A stretch of DNA of 64,000 nt from Eledone cirrhosa. Lineage: Eukaryota. The translations under genes were made by a program, and so were the position numbers. Below the pieces are notes generated by a model. The model did no database searches and was not told the DNA's origin. It worked only from the letters and a program-made list of their open reading frames with translations. The DNA lies in assembly GCA_964016885.1 (NCBI GenBank), contig OZ024740.1, forward strand, positions 407,154,001 through 407,218,000, read 5' to 3'. Position 1 is the stretch's first letter. The number at the start of each line of letters is the position of its first letter. Positions 52,801 to 64,000 of the stretch are shown here, one piece after another.

Positions 52801-55800
52801 GCAATGTGACCCACTGACAAGACACTGAATAGCAATGTGGCCCACTAACAAGACACTACATAGCAATGTGGCTCACTGACAAGACACTGAATAGCAAAGT
52901 GGCTCACTGACAAGATACTACATAGCAATGTGGCCGAGAGACAAGACACTGAATAGCAATGTGGCCCACAGACAAGACACTGAATAGCAATGTGGCCCAC
53001 TGACAAGACACTGAATAGCAATGTGGCCCACTGACAAGACACTGAATAGCAATATGGCCCACTGAGAAGACACTGAATAGCAATGTGGCCCACTGACAAA
53101 ACACTACATAGCAATGTAGCCCACTGACAAGACACTACATAGCAATGTGGCCCACTGACAAGACACTGAATAGCAATGTGGCCCACTGACAAGACACTAC
53201 ATAGCAATGTGGCCCACTGACAAGACACTACATAGCAATCTGGCCCACTGACAAGACACTACATAGCAATGTGGCCCACTGACAAGACACTACATAACAA
53301 TGTGGCCCACTGACAAGACACTACATAACAATGTGGCCCACTGACAAGACACTACATAGCAATGTGTCCCACTGACAAGACACTGAATAGCAATGTGGCC
53401 CACTGACAAGACACTGAATAGCAATGGGGCCCACTGACAAGACAGTGAATAGCAATGTGGCCCACGGACAAGACACTGAATAGCAATGTGGCCCACTGAC
53501 AAGACACTACATAGCAATATGGCCCACTGACAAGTCACTGAATAGCAATGTGGCCCACTGATAAGACACTAAATAGCAATGGGGCCCACTGATAAGACAC
53601 TGAATAGCAATGGGGCCCACTGATAAGACACTGAATAGCAATGTGGCCCACTGACAAGACACTACATAGCAATGTGGCCCACAGACAAGAAACTGAATAG
53701 CAATGTGGCCCACTGACAAGACACTGAATAGCAATGTGGCCCACTGACATGACACTACATAGCAATGTGGCCCACTGGCAAGACACTGATTAGCAATGTG
53801 GCCCACTGACAAGACACTGAATAGCAATGTGGCTCACTGACAAGACACTACATAACAATGTGGCCCACTGACAAGACACTGAATAGCAATGTGGCCCACT
53901 GACAAGACACTACATAGCAATATGGCCCACTGACAAGACACTGAATAGCAATGTGGCCCACTGACAAGATGTTGAATAGCAATGTGGCCCACTGACAAGA
54001 CACTACATAGCAATGTGGCCCACTGACAAGATGCTGAATAGCAATGTGGCCCACTGACAAGACACTACATAGCAATGTGGCCCACTGACAAGACACTGAA
54101 TAGCAATGTGGCCCACTGACAAGACACTGAATAGCAATGTAGCTCACTGACAAGACACTACATATCAATGTGGCCCACTGACAAGATGCTGAATAGCAAT
54201 GTGGCCCACTGACAAGACACTACATAGCAATGTGTCCCACTGACAAGACATTGAATAGCAATGTGGCCCACTGACAAGACACTACATAGAAATGTGTCCC
54301 ACTGATAAGACAATACGTAGCAATGTGGCCCACTGACAAGACACTGAATAGCAATGTGTCTCACTGACAAGACACTACATAGCAATGTGGCCCACTGACA
54401 AGACACTGAATAGCAATGTGGCCCACTGACAAGACACTGAATAGCAATGTGGCCCACTGACAAGACACTGAATAGCAATGTGGCCCACTAACAAGACACT
54501 ACATAGCAATGTGGCTCACTGACAAGACACTGAATAGCAATGTGACACACTGACAAGACACTGAATAGCAATGTGACAGACTGACAAGACACTGAATAGC
54601 AATGTGGCCCACTGACAAGACACTACATAGCAATGTGGCTCACTGACAAGACACTGAATAGCAATGTGACACACTGACAAGTCACTGAATAGCAATGTGA
54701 CAGACTGACAAGACACTGAATAGCAATGTGGCCCACTGACAAGACACTACATAGCAATGTGGCACACTGACAAGACACTGAATAGCAATGTGGCCCACTG
54801 ACAAGACACTGAATAGCAATGTGGCTCACTGACAAGATACTACATAGCAACGTGGCCGAGAGACAAGACACTGAATAGCAATGTGGCCCACTGACAAGAC
54901 GCTACATAGCAATGTGGCCCACAGACAAGACCCTACATAGCAATGTGGCCCACTGACAAGACACTGAATAGCAATGTGGCCCACTGACAAGACACTGAAT
55001 AGCAATGTGACAGACTGACAAGACACTGAATAGCAATGTGGCCCACTGACAAGACACTGAATAGCAATGTGGCCCACTGACAAGACACTACATAGCAATG
55101 TGGCCCACTGACAAGACACTACATAGCAATGTGGCCCACTACATAGCAATGTGACTCACTGACAAGACACTACATAGCAATGTGGTCCACTGACAAGACA
55201 CTGAATAGCAATATGGGTTACTGACGAGACACTGAATAGCAATGTGGCCCACTGACAAGACACTACATAGCAATGTGGTCCACTGACAAGATACTGAATA
55301 GTAATGTGGGTTACTGACGAGACACTGAATAGCAATGTGGCCTACTGACAAGACACTGAATAGCAATGTGACAGACTGACAAGACACTGAATAGCAATGT
55401 GGCCCACAGACAAGACACTGAATAACAATGTGGCCCACTGACAAGACACTGAATAGCAATGTGGCCCACTGACAAGACACTACATAGCAATATGGCCCAC
55501 TGACAAGATACTACATAGCAATGTGGGTCACTGACAAGACACTGAATAGCAATGTGGCCCACTGACAAGACACTACATAGCAATATGGCCCACTGACAAA
55601 ACACTACATAGCAATGTGGCCCACTGACGAGACACTAAATAGCAATGTGGCCCACTGACAAGACACTACATAGCAATATGGCCCACTGACAAGACACTAC
55701 ATAGCAATGTGGCCCACTAACAAGACACTGAATAGCAATGTGGCCCACTCACAAGACACTGAATAGCAATGTGGGTTACTGACGAGACACTGAATAGCAA

Positions 55801-58800
55801 TGTGGCCCACTGACAAGACACTACCTAGCAATGTGGCCCACTGACAAGACATTGAATAGCAATAGTGGCTCACTGACAAGACACTGAATAGCAATGTGGC
55901 CCACTGACAAGACACTGAATAGCAATGTGGCCCACTGACAAGACACTACATAGCAATGTGGCCCACTGACAAGACACTGAATAGCAATGTGGCCCACTGA
56001 CAAGACACCGAATAGCAATGTGGCCCACTGACAAAACAGTACATAGCAATGTGGCCCACTGACAAGACACTGCATAGCAATGTGGCCCATTGACAAGACA
56101 CTATATAGCAATGTGGCCCACTGACAAGACATTACATAGCAATATGGCCCACTGATAAGACACTGAATAGCAATGTGGCCCACTGACAAGACACTGAATA
56201 GCAATGTGGCCCACTGACAAGACTCTGCATAGCAATTGGACCACTGACAAGACACTACATAGCAATGCGGCCCACTGACAAGATGTTGAATAGCAATGTG
56301 GCCCACTGACAAGACACTACATAGCAATGTGGCCCACTGACAAGATGCTGAATAGCAATGTGGCCCACTGACAAGACACTACATAGCAATGTGTCCCACT
56401 GACAAGACATTGAATAGCAATGTGGCCCACTGACAAGACACTACATAACAATGTGGCCAACTGACAAGACACTGAATAGCAATGTGGCCCACTGACAAGA
56501 CACTGAATAGCAATGTGTCTCACTGACAAGACACTACATAGCAATGTGGCCCACTGACAAGACACTGAATAGCAACGTGGCCGAGAGACAAGACACTGAA
56601 TAGCAATGTGGCCCACTGACAAGACGCTACATAGCAATGTGGCCCACTGACAAGACCCTACATAGCAATGTGGCCCACTGACAAGACACTGAATAGCAAT
56701 GTGACAGACTGACAAGACACTGAATAGCAATGTGACACACTGACAAGATACTGAATAGCAATGTGTCCCACTGACAAGACACTGAATAGCAATGTGGCTC
56801 ACTGACAAGATACTACATAGCAACATGGCCGAGAGACAAGACACTGAATAGCAATGTGACAGACTGACAAGACACTGAATAGCAATGTGACAGACTGACA
56901 AGACACTGAATAGCAATGTGGCCCACTGGCAAGACACTGAATAGCAATGTGGCCCACTGACAAGACACTGAATAGCAATGTGGCCCACTGACAAGACACT
57001 GAATAGCAATGTGGCTCACTGACAAGATACTACATAGCAACGTGGCCGAGAGACAAGACACTGAATAGCAATGTGGCCCACTGACAAGACGCTACATAGC
57101 AATGTGGCCCACTGACAAGACCCTACATAGCAATGTGGCCCACTGACAAGACACTGAATAGCAATGTGACAGACTGACAAGACACTGAATAGCAATGTGG
57201 CCCACTGACGAGACACTACATAGCAATGTGGCTCACTGACAAGACACTGAATAGCAATGTGACAGACTGACAAGACACTGAATAGTAATGTGGCCCACTG
57301 ACAAGATACTACATAGCAATGTGGCTCACTGACAAGACACTACATAGCAATGTGGCCCACTGACAAGACACTACATAGCAATGTGGCCCACTGACAAGAC
57401 ACTGGATGGCAATGTGGCCCACTGACAAGACACTACATAGCAATGTGGCTCACTGACAAGACACTGAATAGCAATGTGGCCCACTGACTAGACACTACAT
57501 AGCAATGTGGCTCACTGACAAGACACTGAATAGCAATGTGGCCCACTGACAAGACACTACATAGCAATGTGGCTCACTGACAAGACACTGAATAGCAATG
57601 TGGCCCACTGACAAGACACTGAATAGCAATGTGGCCCACTGACAAGACACTACATAGCAATGTGACAGACTGACAAGACACTGAATAGCAATGTGACAGA
57701 CTGACAAGACACTGAATAGCAATGTGGCCCACTGACAAGACACTACATAGCAATGTGGCCCACTTAGAAGACACTGAATAGCAATGTGGCCCACTGACAA
57801 GACACTACATAGCAATGTGGCTCACTGACAAGACACTACATAGCAATGTGGCCCACTGACAAGACACTGAATAGCAATGTGGCCCACTGACAAGACACTG
57901 AATAGCAATGTGGCCCACTGACAAGACTCTGCATAGCAATTGGACCACTGACAAGACACTACATAGTAATGTGGCCCACTGACAAGATGTTGAATAGCAA
58001 TGTGGCCCACTGACAAGATGTTGAATAGCAATGTGGCCCACTGACAAGATGCTGAATAGCAATGTGGCCCACTGACAAGACACTGAATAGCAATGTGGCC
58101 CACTGAGAAGACACTGAATAGCAATGTAGCTCACTGACAAGACACCACATAGCAATGTGGCCCACTGACAAGATGCTGAATAGCAATGTGGCCCACTGAC
58201 AAGACACTACATAGCAATGTGTCCCACTGACAAGACATTGAATAGCAATGTGGCCCACTGACAAGACACTACATAACAATGTGGCCCACTGACAAGACAC
58301 TGAATAGCAATGTGGCCCACTGACAAGACACTGAATAGCAATGTGTCTCACTGACAAGACACTACATAGCAATGTGGCCCACTGACAAGACACTGAATAG
58401 CAATGTGGCCCACTGACAAGACACTGAATAGCAATGTGGCCCACTGACAAGACACTGAATAGCAATGTGGCCCACTGACAAGACACTGAATAGCAATGTG
58501 GCTCACTGACAAGATACTACATAGCAACGTGGCCGAGAGACAAGACACTGAATAGCAATGTCACAGACTGACAAGACACTGAATAGCAATGTGACAGACT
58601 GACAAGACACTGAATAGCAATGTGGCCCACTGGCAAGACACTGAATAGCAATGTGGCCCACTGACAAGACACTGAATAGCAATGTGGCCCACTGACAAGA
58701 CACTGAATAGCAATGTGGCTCACTGACAAGATACTACATAGCAACGTGGCCGAGAGACAAGACACTGAATAGCAATGTGGCCCACTGACAAGACGCTACA

Positions 58801-61800
58801 TAGCAATGTGGCCCACTGACAAGACCCTACATAGCAATGTGGCCCACTGACAAGACACTGAATAGCAATGTGACAGACTGACAAGACACTGAATAGCAAT
58901 GTGGCCCACTGACAAGATACTACATAGCAATGTGGCTCACTGACAAGACACTACATAGCAATGTGGCCCACTGACAAGACACTGAATAGCAATGTGGCCC
59001 ACTGACAAGACACTACATAGCAATATGGCTCACTGACAAGACACTACATAGCAATGTGGCCCACTGACAAGACACTGAATAGCAATGTGGCCCACTGACA
59101 AGACACTACATAGCAATGTGGCCCACTGACAAGACACTACATAGCAATGTGGCCCACTGACAAGACACTGGATGGCAATGTGGCCCACTGACAAGACACT
59201 ACATAGCAATGTGGCTCACTGACAAGACACTGAATAGCAATGTGGCCCACTGACAAGACACTGAATAGCAATGTGACAGACTGACAAGACACTGAATAGC
59301 AATGTGGCCCACTGACAAGACACTACATAGCAATGTGGCCCACTGACAAGACACTGAATAGCAATGTGGCCCACTGACAAGACACTACATAGCAATATGG
59401 CTCACTGACAAGACACTACATAGCAATGTGGCCCACTGACAAGACACTGAATAGCAATGTGGCCCACTGACAAGACACTACATAGCAATGTGGCCCACTG
59501 ACAAGACACTACATAGCAATGTGGCCCACTGACAAGACACTGGATGGCAATGTGGCCCACTGACAAGACACTACATAGCAATGTGGCTCACTGACAAGAC
59601 ACTGAATAGCAATGTGGCCCACTGACAAGACACTACATAGCAATGTGGCTCACTGACAAGACACTGAATAGCAATGTGGCCCACAGACAAGACACTGAAT
59701 AGCAATGTGGCCCACTGACAAGACACTACATAGCAACGTGGCCCACTGACAAGACACTGAATAGCAATGTGGCCCACTGACAAGACACTACATAGCAATG
59801 TGGCTCACTGACAAGACACTGAATAGCAATGTGACAGACTGACAAGACACTGAATAGCAATGTGACAGACTGACAAGACACTGAATAGCAATGTGGCCCA
59901 CTGACAAGACACTACATAGCAATGTGGCCCACTGACAAGACACTGAATAGCAATGTGGCCCACTGACAAGACACTACATAGCAATGTGGCTCACTGACAA
60001 GACACTACATAGCAATGTGGCCCTCTGACAAGACACTGAATAGCAATGTGGCCCACTGACAAGACACAACATAGCAATGTGGCCCACTGACAAGACACTA
60101 CATAGCAATGTGGCCCACTGACAAGACACTGAATAGCAATGTGGCCCACTGACAAGACACTACATAGCAATGTGGCTCACTGACAAGACACTGAATAGCA
60201 ATGTGGCCCACTGACAAGACACTACATAGCAATGTGGCTCACTGACAAGACACTGAATAGCAATGTGGCCCACTGACAAGACACTGAATAGCAATGTTGC
60301 CCACTGACAAGACACCACATAGCAATGTGGCCCACTGATAAGACACTACATAGCAATGTGGCCCACTGACAAGACACTGAATAGCAATGTGGCCCACTGA
60401 CAAGACACTACATAGCAATGTGGCTCACTGACAAGACACTGAAAAGCAATGTGACAGACTGACAAGACACTGAATAGCAATGTGGCCCACTGACAAGACA
60501 CTACATAGCAATGTGGCCCACTGACAAGACACTACATAGCAATGTGGCCCACTGACAAGACACTGAATAGCAATGTGACAGACTGACAAGACACTGAATA
60601 GCAATGTGGCCCACTGACAAGACACTGAATAGCAATGTGGCCCACTGACAAGACACTACATAGCAATGTGGCTCACTGACAAGACACTGAATAGCATTGT
60701 GGCTCACTGACAAGATACTACATAGCAATGTGGCCGAGAGACAAGACACTGAATAGCAATGTGGCCCACAGACAAGGCACTGAATAGCAATGTGGCCCAC
60801 AGACAAGACACTGAATAGCAATGTGGCCCACTGACAAGACACTACATAGCAATATGGCCCACTGACAAGACACTACATAGCAATGTGGCCCACTAACAAG
60901 ACACTACATAGCAATGTGACCCACTGACAAGACACTGAATAGCAATGTGGGTTAATGACGAGACACTGAATAGCAATGTGGCCCACTGACAAGACACTAC
61001 CTAGCAATGTGGCACACTGACAAGACATTGAATAGCAATAGTGGCTCACTGATAAGACACTGAATAGCAATGTGGCCCACTGACAAGACACTGAATAGCA
61101 ATGTGGCCCACTGACAAGACACTGAATAGCAATGTGGCTCACTGACAAGTCACTACATAGCAATGTGGCCCACTGACAAGACACTGAATAGCAATGTGGC
61201 CCACTTACAAGACACTGAATAGCAATGTGGCCCACTGACAAAACACTACATAGCAATGTGGCCCACTGACAAGACACTACATAGCAATGTGGCCCACTGA
61301 CAAGACACTACATAGCAATGTGGCCCACGGATAAGACACTGAATAGCAATGTGGCCCACTGACAATACACTGAATAGCAATGTAGCCCACTGACAAGACT
61401 CTGCATAGCAATGTGGCCCACTGACAAAACACTACATAGCAATGTGGCCCACTGACAAGACTCTGCATAGCAATGTGGCCCACTGACAAAACACTACATA
61501 GCAATGTGGCCCACTGACAAGATGTTGAATAGCAATGTGGCCCACTGACAAGACACTACATAGCAATGTGGCCCACTGACAAGATGTTGAATAGCAATGT
61601 GGCCCACTGACAAGACGCTACATAGCAATGTGGCCCACTGACAAGATGCTGAATAGCAATGTGGCCCACTGACAAGACACTACATAGCAATGTGTCCCAC
61701 TGACAAGACATTGAATAGCAATGTGGCCCACTGACAAGACGCTACATAACAATGTGGCCCACTGACAAGACACTGAATAGCAATGTGGCCCACTGACAAG

Positions 61801-64000
61801 ACACTGAATAGCAATGTGTCTCACTGACAAGACACTACATAGCAATGTGGCCCACTGACAAGACACTGAATAGCAATGTGGCCCACTGACAAGACACTGA
61901 ATAGCAATGTGGCCCACTGACAAGACACTGAATAGCAATGTGGCCCACTAACAAGACACTACATAGCAATGTGGCTCACTGACAAGACACTGAATAGCAA
62001 TGTGACACACTGACAAGACACTGAATAGCAATGTGTCCCACTGACAAGACACTGAATAGCAATGTGGCTCACTGACAAGATACTACATAGCAACGTGGCC
62101 GAGAGACAAGACACTGAATAGCAATGTGACAGACTGATAAGACACTGAATCGCAATGTCACAGACTGACAAGACACTGAATAGCAATGTGGCCCACTGAC
62201 AATACACTGAATAGCAATGTGGCCCACTGACAAGACACTGAATAGCAATGTGGCCCACTGACAAGACACTGAATAGCAAAGTGGCTCACTGATAAGATAC
62301 TACATAGCAACGTGGCCGAGAGACAAGACACTGAATAGCAATGTGGCCCACTGACAAGACGCTACATAGCAATGTGGCCCACTGACAAGACCCTACATAG
62401 CAATGTGGCCCACTGACAAGACACTGAATAGCAATGTGACAGACTGACAAGACACTGAATAGCAATGTGGCCCACTGACAAGACACGACATAGCAATGTG
62501 GCTCACTGACAAGACACTGAATAGCAATGTGACAGACTGACAAGACACTGAATAGCAATGTGGCCCACTGACAAGACACTACATAGCAATGTGGCTCACT
62601 GACAAGACACTACATAGCAATGTGGCCCACTGACAAGACACTACATAGCAATGTGGCCCACTGACAAGACACTGAATAGCAATGTGGCCCACTGACAAGA
62701 CACTACATAGCAATGTGGCTGACTGACAAGACACTGAATAGCAATGTGACAGACTGACAAGACACTGAATAGCAATGTGACAGACTGACAAGACACTGAA
62801 TAGCAATGTGGCCCACTGACAAGACACTACATAGCAATGTGGCCCACTGACAAGACACTGAATAGCAATGTGGCCCACTGACAAGACACTACATAGCAAT
62901 GTGGCTCACTGACAAGACACTATATAGCAATGTGGCCCACTGACAAGACACTGAATAGCAATGTGGCCCACTGACAAGACACTACATAGCAATGTGGCCC
63001 ACTGACAAGACACTGAATAGCAATGTGGCCCACTGACAAGACACAACATAGCAATGTGGCCCACTTACAAGACACTACATAGCAATGTGGCCCACTGACA
63101 AGACACTGAATAGCAATGTGGCCCACTGACAGGACACTACATAGCAATGTGGCTCACTGACAAGACACTAAATAGCAATGTGGCCCACTGACAAGACACT
63201 ACATAGAAATGTGGCTCACTGACAAGACACTGAATAGCAATGTGGCCCACTGACAAGACACTGAATAGCAATGTTGCCCACTGACAAGACACTACATAGC
63301 AATGTGGCCCACTGACAAGACACTGAATAGCAATGTGACAGACTGACAAGACACTGAATAGCAATGTGGCCCACTGACAAGACACTACATAGCAATGTGG
63401 CTCACTGACAAGACACTGAATAGCATTGTGGCTCACTGACAAGATACTACATAGCAATGTGGCCGAGAGACAAAACACTGAATAGCAATGTGGACCACAG
63501 ACAAGGTACTGAATAGCAATGTGGCCCACTGACAAGACACTGAATAGCAATATGGCCCACTGACAAGACACTACATAGCAATGTGGCCCACTAACAAGAC
63601 ACTACATAGCAATGTGACCCACTGACAAGACACTGAATAGCAATGTGGGTTACTGACGAGACACTGAATAGCAATGTGGCCCACTGACAAGACACTACCT
63701 AGCAATGTGGCCCACTGACAAGACATTGAATAGCAATAGTGGCTCACTGACAAGACACTGAATAACAATGTGGCCCACTGACAAGACACTGAATAGCAAT
63801 GTGGCCCACTGACAAGACACTGAATACCAATGTGGCCCACTGACAAGACACTACATAGCAATGTGGCCCACTGACAAGACACTGAATAGCAATGTGGCCC
63901 ACTTACAAGACACTGAATAGCAATGTGGCCCACTGACAAAATACTACATAGCAATGTGGCCCACTGACAAGACACTACATAGCAATGTGGCCCACTGACA
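13876..64000 (+). repeat. 31-bp tandem satellite DNA array, at least 50 kb, about 1,600 monomers, running off the window end
   Basis: Head-to-tail GACACT(AC/GA/GC)ATAGCAATGTGGCCCACTGACAA in a single orientation. Most units differ from the consensus by only a few substitutions, with rare 30- and 32-bp units. No foreign insertions seen. Confidence 0.99.

Noticed and set aside
13870-63975. Hundreds of minus-strand Cys/Ser/Val-rich ORFs (SCQWATLLCSVLSVGHIAIQCLVSGPHC...)
   Set aside because: 31 is not a multiple of 3, so every frame cycles through the same three peptides, and ORF length depends mainly on where the CTACAT variant places a TAG in frame. ORFs overlap in all frames, have mostly non-ATG starts and show no splice or frame constraint.
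13876-64000. CRISPR-like array (31-bp repeats with partial dyad symmetry)
   Set aside because: The repeats are directly adjacent with no unique spacers, there are no cas genes and the context is eukaryotic.

Overview
Eukaryotic, AT-rich animal DNA, probably a cephalopod such as Octopus (inferred only from the repeat families). I found no intact cellular gene. Bases 1-13.87 kb are a dense mosaic of transposon remnants: a frameshifted RTE-clade LINE whose ORF carries a PHD-type zinc finger, at least four copies of one tRNA-derived SINE (two with clear target-site duplications), a CORE-type SINE, two CR1-like LINE 3' ends, two large inverted-repeat (foldback) elements, possible Helitron, hAT and LTR-like pieces, and microsatellites. 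From about 13,876 to the window end (about 50 kb, roughly 1,600 units) lies one uninterrupted head-to-tail satellite of a 31-bp monomer (GACACT[AC/GA/GC]ATAGCAATGTGGCCCACTGACAA). It shows nested higher-order duplications and regional variant domains. All ORFs listed after 13.9 kb are artefacts of this satellite. The most interesting items are the internal organisation of the satellite, the PHD-bearing RTE and the cluster of inverted repeats. The sequence alone does not demonstrate a new biological system.
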